Source: Alphaproteobacteria bacterium
Lineage (GTDB): Bacteria > Pseudomonadota > Alphaproteobacteria > CBDDJK01
Length of the DNA stretch: 62,031 nucleotides
Reading direction: 5' to 3'
NCBI GenBank assembly: GCA_045106055.1
Contig: JBGCED010000007.1
Location: 1-62,031, forward strand
Position numbers and translations under genes: made by a program. Shown here one piece after another: positions 38,413 through 47,481 of the stretch. A model generated the notes under the pieces. The model saw nothing but the letters and a program-made list of their open reading frames with translations, was not told the DNA's origin and did not search any database. Each line of letters begins with the position of its first letter. The stretch's first letter is position 1.

Positions 38413-39435
38413 ATGAAACATAAAACATTTTGTATGTTTGTGCTGCCATCTTCCTTGGCGATGATCTTTTTTATTTTTTTACCGCTGATTTCAATTGTCA
38501 TGCAATCCGTATATGTTCCCCATGAACAAGTGATTGTGACGGTTGAAAATTGCGGTCCCTTTGGCTGCACCGAATCAACGATCATCGATCAAGAAGCAAC
38601 TGCAAAGCTTGCCGAGGATAAGCCCTTTGGGCGTTTTGCGGGCGCAGCAACCTATCTTGATCGCGGGCATTTGGCAGTTGATGAGCTTAAAGCCGCATGG
38701 CAGGCAAAAAATGGCTGGCGCGAATTTGGCGCGCGAATGCTTAACCTTCCCTTTTATAATGCGCTGGCATTTACCTTAACCTATACTTTGATCGTTACCC
38801 CGCTTGTTATTATTCTTGGCTTTATGATTGCGGTTGCGGTAAATGGTGTGCTGCGCGCAATCAGAGGCCCGTTGATCTTTATGTCGCTGCTGCCAATGAT
38901 CATTACCCCGCTTGTTGGCGCGCTTATCCTATTTTGGATGGTGGATGCGCGCGGGGTGGTTGGGGCGACCTTGCAAATCATGGCGGGCGATCCGTCTTTG
39001 TCTATTAAAGCATCCACCCCGCTAATGTGGATCATGTTGATGGTATATGGCGTATGGCACGGCGCGCCTTTTGCCTTTATTGTGTATTATGCAGGGCTGC
39101 AAACCGTAAATACAGACACGATAGAAGCGGCGATGATTGATGGCGCAACCCGCTTGCAGCGCATTCGCTATGTCATTGTCCCCCATCTTGTGCCGCTAAC
39201 CACCTTTATTGCATTGATGCAGATTATGGATAATTTCAGGGTGTTTGAACCGATTGTAAGCTTTGCGGCTTCTGCGCATGCAACCTCGCTAAGCTGGGCG
39301 ATTTATAATGATCTTGGCGGGGAAACGCGGCAATTATCCTCGGCGGCGGCAACATCGGTTTTAACGGTTGCCTGTATTGTCATTCTGTTGATGCCTGTGC
39401 TGATTAGAACTTGGCGCGATTTTGGAAAGAAATAA
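38413..39435 (+). CDS. ABC transporter permease (CUT1, UgpA/MalF-like)
   Basis: Six or more TM segments; EAA-type loop EAAMIDGATRLQRIRYVIVP. Confidence 0.85.
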   Translation: MKHKTFCMFVLPSSLAMIFFIFLPLISIVMQSVYVPHEQVIVTVENCGPFGCTESTIIDQEATAKLAEDKPFGRFAGAATYLDRGHLAVDELKAAWQAKNGWREFGARMLNLPFYNALAFTLTYTLIVTPLVIILGFMIAVAVNGVLRAIRGPLIFMSLLPMIITPLVGALILFWMVDARGVVGATLQIMAGDPSLSIKASTPLMWIMLMVYGVWHGAPFAFIVYYAGLQTVNTDTIEAAMIDGATRLQRIRYVIVPHLVPLTTFIALMQIMDNFRVFEPIVSFAASAHATSLSWAIYNDLGGETRQLSSAAATSVLTVACIVILLMPVLIRTWRDFGKK

Positions 39436-39439
39436 ATCT

Positions 39440-40321
39440 ATGACCAATAAAGCACAGCAAAAACCCTATTATCTCAGCCTATTTATTTTGATGGTGCTTG
39501 GCTTTTGGATCATCCTGTCCGCAGGGCCTTTTTTATGGACTTTATGGGGATCATTTAAGGTTGAGGGCGATTTTTTCTCCAAGGCAGATTGGGCAGCTGC
39601 TTTAACAGGCGAATTGACGCAAGTTGAAACAGGCGGGCATTTTACAGGCGATGGCTATTATGGTGCTTGGATCAAAGAAGGCTTTTGGCGTGCCGCCCTA
39701 AATTCATCGATTGTCTGCGTATTTGTGGTGATGATTTCGCTAACCCTTGGCACGCTTGGCGGCTATGCCTTATCCCGATCCACCGAACGCTATGCGTTTT
39801 GGTTTTTAATCATCGCGCTTGTGTTTCGCGCATTGCCGCAAATCACACTGGTTTCTGGCTATTTGCCTGTATTTTTTAATTTGAATATGTGGGGGCATCT
39901 GCCCACCGCGATTGTGGTTCTAATTGCAATTAATCAGCCCTTTACCCTATGGATGCTGCATTCTTTCTTTAAAAATATTCCCAAAGACCTTGATGAAAGC
40001 GCAATGGTTGACGGCTGCAATCGCTTTCAAGCGTTCCGCCATGTCATTATCCCCGTCATGTGGCCAGGGGTGATCACAACGGGCTTATTTTCATTCTTGC
40101 TTGCCTATAATGATTTTGCGGTGACCGCGATGATCCTATCCAAGGAAAATCAAACCATGATCCCTAAAATTGCGGGCTTCCTTGGCACAACCCAAACCAA
40201 AGGCAATGTGATGTTTGCGGTTGCTGCGGTTGTGTCGGTGACTGCGCCCTTATTTATTATGGTGATGGTGTTCCAGCGCCAAATCGTATCTGGATTAACG
40301 GCGGGCGCGATTAAAGGATGA
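39440..40321 (+). CDS. ABC transporter permease (CUT1, UgpE/MalG-like)
   Basis: EAA-type loop ESAMVDGCNRFQAFRHVIIP; ATG 39440 lies just after the upstream stop. Confidence 0.85.
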   Translation: MTNKAQQKPYYLSLFILMVLGFWIILSAGPFLWTLWGSFKVEGDFFSKADWAAALTGELTQVETGGHFTGDGYYGAWIKEGFWRAALNSSIVCVFVVMISLTLGTLGGYALSRSTERYAFWFLIIALVFRALPQITLVSGYLPVFFNLNMWGHLPTAIVVLIAINQPFTLWMLHSFFKNIPKDLDESAMVDGCNRFQAFRHVIIPVMWPGVITTGLFSFLLAYNDFAVTAMILSKENQTMIPKIAGFLGTTQTKGNVMFAVAAVVSVTAPLFIMVMVFQRQIVSGLTAGAIKG

Positions 40322-41304
40322 GCTTTCAAGCAGAAAAAGCCTTGGTGCGCGCTTATTATGATGCGCTTGCAGCCGCAACGCCAGATTCTGTTGATGCTGT
40401 TTTGGGCAAATATATCGCAGATCACTGGCTGTGGCGCGGGATGCACCCTTTTCACGAACAAATCGGCGCGCCAGCCGTGGCAAATGCGTTCTGGAAACCC
40501 TTTTTAAATGCCTTTCACACAGTACGCCGCCGCCAAGATGTGTTTATGGCTGGGGAAAATGAAATTGATGGGTTTCAATCGGTGTGGGTGGTTTCCATGG
40601 GGCATTTGATGGTGCTGTTTGATCGCCCTTTTTTAAACATTCCCCCCACCCGCAAATTAACGATGATCCGCTATGCTGAATTTAACAAGATAGAGCATGG
40701 TAAAATTACAGAAACTGCCTTTTTTTGTGATTTATTGCATTTGATGCGCCAAGCGGGGTTAAATCCGCTGCCACTACAAACGGGGCAGCATCTGATCCAG
40801 CCAGGGCCTGCCACCCATGATGGGCTGCTATTTGATGATGCGGATCGGAATGCGGGCAACGCCACCCTTGCCTTAATCAACAGGATGATTAATGATATTA
40901 ATGATCATGGCGCGCTTACCCCGCAGCAAGAATTATCCCGCACATGGCATGATGATATGATCTGGTGGGGACCAGAGGGGATCGGTGCGACCTATGGCAT
41001 TGATCGCTATATTGAACAGCATCAAAAACCCTTTCGCACCCAAATAGCGGATCGCAAATTTAACGGGCATATTTGCAGGCTGGCTGAGGGGGATTTTGGC
41101 GGCTTTTTTGGCTGGCCCAATTTAACGGTAACCCCAATCGGCGATTATATGGGGCTTCCAGCCACCCACCAACCAGCCGATATGCGGGTTGTGGATATTT
41201 ATCGACGCGATGGCGATAAGCTTGCGGAAAATTGGATATTCATCGATATGCTGCATTTTCTAAACCAGCAAGGAATCGATATTTTAAAAAAGATAGTGCC
41301 TTGA
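40318..41304 (+). CDS. tandem SnoaL/NTF2-like protein, paralog 3
   Basis: ATGA overlap with the permease stop; clear block similarity to paralog 2 ([44 protein letters not shown]). Confidence 0.6.
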   Translation: MSFQAEKALVRAYYDALAAATPDSVDAVLGKYIADHWLWRGMHPFHEQIGAPAVANAFWKPFLNAFHTVRRRQDVFMAGENEIDGFQSVWVVSMGHLMVLFDRPFLNIPPTRKLTMIRYAEFNKIEHGKITETAFFCDLLHLMRQAGLNPLPLQTGQHLIQPGPATHDGLLFDDADRNAGNATLALINRMINDINDHGALTPQQELSRTWHDDMIWWGPEGIGATYGIDRYIEQHQKPFRTQIADRKFNGHICRLAEGDFGGFFGWPNLTVTPIGDYMGLPATHQPADMRVVDIYRRDGDKLAENWIFIDMLHFLNQQGIDILKKIVP

Positions 41305-41420
41305 AATTAAGGGCGCGCAGATAAGTTAAAAAAAACATTGCCAGCATGATAAGAATCCTTTAGCTTAATAATTCTAAATGTATCTTTTAAACCAACAAGA
41401 TATTGCAAAGGAAAGAAAAA

Positions 41421-42932
41421 ATGAGTGATATGGTAAAAACAAAAAATTCAAAAACCAACGATTCAGCAGCAAGTGATGCGGTTGAAGTTCAAGATATTCA
41501 AGTTCAAGATATTGATACCAATATTGAAACGGGCGATGAAGCTTCACCAGAAGCTCCTGAATTAAATTATAATATCTCAGAATTTATGAATTTGGATGAA
41601 GAAGCATTGGTCATTGCTGCGATCAAGGCGTTTTCTGATGAACAGGATATTATGAAATCAATGACGATTTGCCGCTTGGCAGTGCGCAAATCCGTGACCA
41701 ATCATCGGGCATGGTCGCATCTTGGCACATTATTATTTATCACCCGCAAGCTTGAAGCTGCGATTGGTGCTTTTAAAAAATCGCTGCGCATTGAACCCGA
41801 AGAATATGCAAATTGGATCAATCTTGGCAATGCCCTATTGCGTGTTGCACGGGTGGAAGAAGCCTTGGAAGCGTTTGAACGCGCTGCCGAGCTTGAAGCT
41901 GGCGATGCTGCAATTTATAATTCCATCGCGCAATGCTATCAAGATTTGGGGGAGTATGACAAATCGCTTGATGCGCTGCGCCGCGCTGAATTGCTTGGCA
42001 GCAAAGACCCCAATCTTAAATGGAACCGCACCCTTACCCAATTAATGCAGGGAAATTATGAAGAAGGACTTGCAGGGTTTGAAGCACGCTGGGAAATGAG
42101 AGGCGCACAGCCCAGATATGACATGGATAAGAAATGGGACGGCACCATTACAAAAGGAAAACAGGTGCTAATCTGGTCGGATTCTGGTTTTAATGATATT
42201 ATTATGATGTCGCGCTTTGTGCCTTTGGCAGTTGAAAAAGGGCTTGATGTTATTTTTGAAATTCCAGCTGAAACCGCACGGATGTTCCAAGAAAGCCCGT
42301 TATTTCAAAAGATTAAATTAGCGCCCTTTACCAAAGAACCTAGTTCTTATGGGGGGGATCATTTGCCGTTATCATCCTTGGCTTCCGCGCTTGGATATAC
42401 CAATTCTTCAAATGTTCCAAATGTGCCTTATTTGCAAGCACCGCAAGCGCCAAGAATTCGCAGCGACCTATTTAAAGTTGGGATCGTGTGGAATGGTGCA
42501 AGTCGCCGTGTGCCTGATCCAAATCGCGTTTTGCCGCTGCGCCATGTCGCAAGATTGGCAGACAGCCCAAACACCGAATTTTATTCGTTGCAACGCGGCG
42601 GTGCGGAAAAGGAATTGGTCAATACAGGTTTTGATTATTTAATTTCCAATATGGGATCATTATGCCGCGATTTGGCGGATGTGGCTGCATTTTGTGAAAA
42701 TCTTGATCTGTTTATCACGGTGGATAGCTATCAAGCCCATATTGCTGCTGCAATGGGTAAGAAAGTATGGCTGCTGTTGGGAACAACCCCTGATTGGCGC
42801 TGGCAGTTAAAGCAAGCCACAAGCCCATGGTATAAAAACATTAAATTATACCGCAGAACTGACCGTTTGCATTGGGATGATTTGATTGAAAAAATCAGAC
42901 TGGATTTGATTAAGGAAGCCAAAGGCAGCTAA
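41421..42932 (+). CDS. TPR-repeat protein with C-terminal glycosyltransferase-family-9-like domain
   Basis: Central TPRs (AWSHLGTLL..., YANWINLGNAL..., YNSIAQCYQDLGEY...). The C-terminal domain has VDSYQAHIAAAMGKKVWLLL and SPWYKNIKLYRR and is a paralog of 5794..8244. Confidence 0.6.
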   Translation: MSDMVKTKNSKTNDSAASDAVEVQDIQVQDIDTNIETGDEASPEAPELNYNISEFMNLDEEALVIAAIKAFSDEQDIMKSMTICRLAVRKSVTNHRAWSHLGTLLFITRKLEAAIGAFKKSLRIEPEEYANWINLGNALLRVARVEEALEAFERAAELEAGDAAIYNSIAQCYQDLGEYDKSLDALRRAELLGSKDPNLKWNRTLTQLMQGNYEEGLAGFEARWEMRGAQPRYDMDKKWDGTITKGKQVLIWSDSGFNDIIMMSRFVPLAVEKGLDVIFEIPAETARMFQESPLFQKIKLAPFTKEPSSYGGDHLPLSSLASALGYTNSSNVPNVPYLQAPQAPRIRSDLFKVGIVWNGASRRVPDPNRVLPLRHVARLADSPNTEFYSLQRGGAEKELVNTGFDYLISNMGSLCRDLADVAAFCENLDLFITVDSYQAHIAAAMGKKVWLLLGTTPDWRWQLKQATSPWYKNIKLYRRTDRLHWDDLIEKIRLDLIKEAKGS

Positions 42933-42964
42933 ATTCAATTTAATTTAGTTCAAAATAAAATGGA

Positions 42965-43702
42965 ATGCCTTGCGTTATGACCGATGTTAAGAAGTTATCT
43001 CGCAAGGCATTTTTTTATGCAAAATTGCTTTTAATATGCGCAATGATTTATATGATCACTGTGGCTGGAAGGGCTGAAACTTCAGCGAAAAATTCAAAGC
43101 AAATTCTTGCCTTTGGCGACAGCCTTATCGCGGGCTATGGGCTTTCTGTGCAAAATGGATTTACAGCAAAGCTTCAAGCAGCGTTAAATAAAGCCGACCC
43201 AAATGCGATGATGGCCCCCATTAATGTCATAAATGCAGGATTATCTGGGGATACATCAGGGGGCGGGCTATCGCGGATTGAATGGATGCTGGCAGGGCAG
43301 GATTATGATTTAATTCTGCTTGAATTGGGGGCAAATGATGCACTTCGTGGACTTGACCCTAAGCAAACAAAGCTGAATTTGGATCATATTATTCGCATCA
43401 TCAAAGATCAAACCAACGCAAAGATTTTATTTGCGGGCATGTTAGCACCGCCCAATATGGGCGCGGATTATGGCGATCATTTCAATGCATTATACCCTGA
43501 TCTGGCGGCAAGCCACCAGTTGCCATTCTATCCTTTTTTCCTAGAAGGCGTTGCGGGAATCCCCGAACTTAACCAAGATGACGGCATTCACCCCAACCCA
43601 AAGGGGGTTGATCTTATTGTTCAAAATCTTGAAGCATGCATTCTAGGTTTGCTGGACGGCGTTGAAAGCCCAAAAACCTGCCCAATTATTGCTGCGCCTT
43701 GA
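42965..43702 (+). CDS. SGNH/GDSL arylesterase-lysophospholipase (TesA-like), secreted
   Basis: Block I FGDSLIAGYG, block III GANDAL, block V DGIHPN; N-terminal signal/anchor. Confidence 0.8.
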   Translation: MPCVMTDVKKLSRKAFFYAKLLLICAMIYMITVAGRAETSAKNSKQILAFGDSLIAGYGLSVQNGFTAKLQAALNKADPNAMMAPINVINAGLSGDTSGGGLSRIEWMLAGQDYDLILLELGANDALRGLDPKQTKLNLDHIIRIIKDQTNAKILFAGMLAPPNMGADYGDHFNALYPDLAASHQLPFYPFFLEGVAGIPELNQDDGIHPNPKGVDLIVQNLEACILGLLDGVESPKTCPIIAAP

Positions 43703-43823
43703 TGCTTGGTAATTTTCGGTCTATTGACTTTCAATCTATTGGAATCTAAATATGTCAAAGGCATTTCATAAATCCAGTGGTTCTGGCATTTTTAGCATAT
43801 TTTATTTATAGGAGACGATTATT

Positions 43824-43961
43824 ATGGAAACTGAACTTGATTATACAAAAGCCAGCAAAGCACATCTTCAAGCTTGGGATGGTTTGAAAAAATCAATTGT
43901 CTGGTCAACGGCGGGCATTATTTTATTGCTTGCTTTGCTCGCTTTTTTCTTTGCGGGTTAA
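43824..43961 (+). CDS. small membrane protein resembling aa3-type cytochrome c oxidase subunit IV (bacterial COX4 family)
   Basis: 45-aa ORF absent from the track (too short): METELDYTKASKAHLQAWDGLKKSIVWSTAGIILLLALLAFFFAG. Has AGGAGA RBS 8 nt upstream and a single C-terminal TM. D-Y...H..(T/A)(F/W).G..K...W pattern. Confidence 0.55.
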   Translation: METELDYTKASKAHLQAWDGLKKSIVWSTAGIILLLALLAFFFAG

Positions 43962-43981
43962 GACGCATATAAGCCTGTCTG

Positions 43982-44677
43982 GTGAGCGCATTTTATCATA
44001 TTCTGGTCGTTGATGATGATGAGCGGCTGCGCGGATTAATCAAAAATTATCTGATCAAACAAGGCTTTATTGTGGCGACCGCCAGCGATGGGGCTGAAGC
44101 CTTAAAATCCCTAGATTATGTTGATTTTGACTTGATGGTGCTTGATGTGATGATGCCTGGGCTTGATGGGTTTGAAGTTTTGGCGCAATTACGCCAAACA
44201 TCCAAGCTGCCAGTTTTGCTGTTGACCGCGATGAGCGAAACCGAGCAGCGCATTAAGGGGCTGTGGCTGAAAGCCGATGATTATTTAACCAAGCCTTTTG
44301 AACCGCAAGAACTGGTTTTGCGGATTGAAGCCATCTTGCGCCGCAGCCATAATGCCCCCCCCCAAGCCGATTTCCAGTCAGCAGAGAAAATTGAATTTTC
44401 AGGCTTTCACTATTATCCTAAGCAAGGGCAGCTGATTGATCCAAAAGGTGAAAAGCTGCATTTAACCAGCAATGAGCTTAGCCTGATGGGGGCCTTAATT
44501 GATCATCAAGGAAAGGCTGTTCCCCGTGAAGCTTTGTCAAAATTTGCCAATATCCATGGCGGAGACCGCGCGGTTGATGTTCAAATTGCACGGCTTAGAA
44601 TCAAAATAGAGCAAAATCCAAAACAGCCAAGGCATATTTGCACCGTTCATGGCAAGGGCTATATCTTCAGGCAATGA
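43982..44677 (+). CDS. OmpR-family response regulator (CenR/OmpR-like)
   Basis: Receiver domain (VVDDD, phospho-Asp in VLDVMMPG, TKPF) plus winged-helix output; GTG start. Confidence 0.9.
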   Translation: MSAFYHILVVDDDERLRGLIKNYLIKQGFIVATASDGAEALKSLDYVDFDLMVLDVMMPGLDGFEVLAQLRQTSKLPVLLLTAMSETEQRIKGLWLKADDYLTKPFEPQELVLRIEAILRRSHNAPPQADFQSAEKIEFSGFHYYPKQGQLIDPKGEKLHLTSNELSLMGALIDHQGKAVPREALSKFANIHGGDRAVDVQIARLRIKIEQNPKQPRHICTVHGKGYIFRQ

Positions 44678-44694
44678 TGAATGATGCTGTTTAA

Positions 44695-46041
44695 ATGAAT
44701 CTTTTAAAATACATAAAGCTTTTATTGCCGCGCAGCCTGCTTGGGCGGGGATTGCTGATTATTTTTCTGCCGCTGCTTTTGCTGCAAATCATCTCTATTT
44801 GGGTGTTTTTGGATCGCCATGTTGATCAGGTAAGCTGGCGGCTTGCAAATTCACTTGCCGCAGAAATACATTATACAGTTGATCAAATTGAGGCTTACCC
44901 ACAAGATCAAGATAAGCTGTTAGAAACCGCAAAATCTACTTTTGAATTTGAAGCATTAAGCCTTGATGATGATGCGATTTTGCCCAATCAGCCAGCCTTG
45001 CCGCTTGGCTATATTGGCAGCATTGTTGAGCGGGCGATGGCTAAGCTTGCGCGCCCTGTCAGGGTGGATGATCGCAATTTTCGCGATTCCTTAACGGTTA
45101 AGGTGCAGCTGCCGCAAGGGGTTTTAAATATTAAAATTCCAGGAAAACGATTATTTAGCGTAACCATTATTGTATTTATTTTATGGATGCTAGGCTCTTC
45201 AATTATTTTATTTGGCATTGCTGCGATTTTTATGCGCAATCAAGTAAGACCCTTAAAACGCTTGGCATTAGCAGCAGAAAGCTTTGGCAAGGGCTTGCAG
45301 GATAAACAATCCTTTAAGCTTGAAGGTGCGCTGGAGGTGCGCCAAGCTGCCATCGCCTTTAATCAAATGAAAGAGCGCATTCGCCGCCAAATTAGGCAGC
45401 GCACCGATATGCTATCCGCCGTAGGGCATGACCTTAGAACGCCGATTACCCGCATGCAGCTGCAAATTGAAATGATGGATGGCGAGGATCAAAACCGAAA
45501 TGATTTACAAGCCGACTTGAAACAAATGCACGAAATGATCGAAGCCTATCTTGCCTTTGCGCGCGGTCAAGGCGAAGAGCGAACGGTTGAGCTTAGTTTA
45601 AATGCGCTGATGGATAAAATTAATCGCGGGTTTTTGCAAGATAATGTAAGCTTGGACATCCATCTTGAGGGCGAAATTTCATTTATGGCACGACCAATTG
45701 CAATGCGCCGCTTATTTGATAATTTAATCAATAATGCAACCCGTTATGCAAAGACGATTCGGCTTTATATCGCCAAACGCAGCAATCAAAGTCAATTTCC
45801 TGATTTTAAGCATTTCATTGAAATTTTGTTGGATGATGATGGTCCAGGCATTCCTGAAGATCAGCGCAAACACGCTTTTCAGCCCTTTATCAGGCTTGAA
45901 AAATCGCGCAATCCCAGCACAGGCGGAACGGGGCTGGGGCTTTCTATTGCGCAGGATATTGTAAATGCGCATGGCGGTAAAATCCAGCTTGAAACCTCGC
46001 CGCTTGGGGGATTAAGGGTCAGGATTAGATTGCCAATTTAA
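44695..46041 (+). CDS. EnvZ-like sensor histidine kinase
   Basis: Two TM segments, HAMP, H-box SAVGHDLRTPITR, N-box NNATRYA, G1 DDGPGI, G2 GGTGLGLSI. Confidence 0.9.
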   Translation: MNLLKYIKLLLPRSLLGRGLLIIFLPLLLLQIISIWVFLDRHVDQVSWRLANSLAAEIHYTVDQIEAYPQDQDKLLETAKSTFEFEALSLDDDAILPNQPALPLGYIGSIVERAMAKLARPVRVDDRNFRDSLTVKVQLPQGVLNIKIPGKRLFSVTIIVFILWMLGSSIILFGIAAIFMRNQVRPLKRLALAAESFGKGLQDKQSFKLEGALEVRQAAIAFNQMKERIRRQIRQRTDMLSAVGHDLRTPITRMQLQIEMMDGEDQNRNDLQADLKQMHEMIEAYLAFARGQGEERTVELSLNALMDKINRGFLQDNVSLDIHLEGEISFMARPIAMRRLFDNLINNATRYAKTIRLYIAKRSNQSQFPDFKHFIEILLDDDGPGIPEDQRKHAFQPFIRLEKSRNPSTGGTGLGLSIAQDIVNAHGGKIQLETSPLGGLRVRIRLPI

Positions 46042-46103
46042 TGCTGTTTTATTTCTAGAATCAGGGCTATTTTATCAAAATATTTTAAATCATCTTTTAT
46101 GGA

Positions 46104-47468
46104 ATGAAATCAATGGTTACACAACCAGACTCAAGCTCGCAATCCGCTGCTGATTCCAAGGATAATCCGCAGCAAGCGCCAAAAGCACAGGCAGATCAAA
46201 GCGCGATCAGCCCGCATTCTCAAAAGCAGCTTGCGTCGGTGATTGACAGCCTGCCGCTAAATCCAGCGCGCGATTTATATGGCATTGAGGATACGCAGCT
46301 GCAAACGATCTGTTTTATCTCTCAGCGCACAATGGAAGAAGGGGTGCGCAATGAAAATTACGCCATTGCCGCAAATGCAATCGGGGCGTGGTTAATTTCA
46401 GCTGGGCAATATCTGGGCGTGCTTGGGCGTGATCGCAATCTTCCTGCAATATTTGCAGAAGATGTGGTGAAATCTGTGCCCGCTTTAATCCCGCTTAGCC
46501 GCATGATCAGCGATTCCATTCGCCCTTGGATCAATCATTCCCCCGAAGCGCAAGCCTTTTGCCGCGCGCTGGTTTCAAAACCCAACACCCACCCGCTTGC
46601 GGCATTAAGCTTTTTAAATAGTGTGCCTGCAACGCTTGCATTGCCATGGTTAAGCCTGTTTTATAATCAACGCTTTGCCCAATTATCCGATTCAATCAAT
46701 GTTGCGCTTGCTTATGCGTGCAAACATCATTTGGAACTGCTTCATCTTCAAAATCAGGGGCTGATTGCAGCAAGGCGGGTTTATCTTCATGGGCTTGCCA
46801 AAAAGCTGGTCAGGCTTTACCCCGATGGCGATTCCAAGCAAGCGCAAAGACCAGAACAAAAGCAGCGAATTTTATTTCTGGTTGATCGGTTGCGCCCGAA
46901 AAACGATCCGCAAATGATGAAAATCATGGCATTGATTGATGGCGTGAACCAGCTTCAAAAAGATGCATCATTTGAATTTTCGATTTATGAAACAGGCGAT
47001 GGTAAGCCAAGCCTTAATCAAATTGGCTATTACCCGCAAGCAGATGATAGAATAGCAGCTGGTGCAAGCGCAGGGGATATGGTGTCTTACCGCAAACAGC
47101 TGATCAGTGCGCGCCAATGGCAGCATGAGGAAAAATATGACCGCAATTTGCAATTATTCTTTAGCGCGGTATATAATTTCAATCCAAAGCTGGTGGTTGC
47201 CGTTGATTTGGAAGATTCGGTTTCAAAAATCTGTCTTTCGCATAAAATGCCTGTAATTGATTGGCTTTTGCGTCCCGAGCAAATTGGGCTATCGATGGGC
47301 GCGCATTTAATTGCCATTGATTGCGCAGAAGCTGCCGCACGGCAAATGTTGCAATTAAGCAATTTGGGGCGGATGGACAATGCAGAATTATTGCTGCTGC
47401 CCGCAGCGCAAGAAAAGAATGGGATTGAATTATATGCTTATTTTCACCAGCTATTTCATGCGCTATAG
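46104..47468 (+). CDS. hypothetical protein (no domain recognised)
   Basis: 454-aa ORF with coding-like composition and a Q/S/D-rich N-terminus; sits between the kinase and the cell-wall hydrolase genes. Confidence 0.45.
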   Translation: MKSMVTQPDSSSQSAADSKDNPQQAPKAQADQSAISPHSQKQLASVIDSLPLNPARDLYGIEDTQLQTICFISQRTMEEGVRNENYAIAANAIGAWLISAGQYLGVLGRDRNLPAIFAEDVVKSVPALIPLSRMISDSIRPWINHSPEAQAFCRALVSKPNTHPLAALSFLNSVPATLALPWLSLFYNQRFAQLSDSINVALAYACKHHLELLHLQNQGLIAARRVYLHGLAKKLVRLYPDGDSKQAQRPEQKQRILFLVDRLRPKNDPQMMKIMALIDGVNQLQKDASFEFSIYETGDGKPSLNQIGYYPQADDRIAAGASAGDMVSYRKQLISARQWQHEEKYDRNLQLFFSAVYNFNPKLVVAVDLEDSVSKICLSHKMPVIDWLLRPEQIGLSMGAHLIAIDCAEAAARQMLQLSNLGRMDNAELLLLPAAQEKNGIELYAYFHQLFHAL

Positions 47469-47481
47469 GCGGCTTAGTTTC

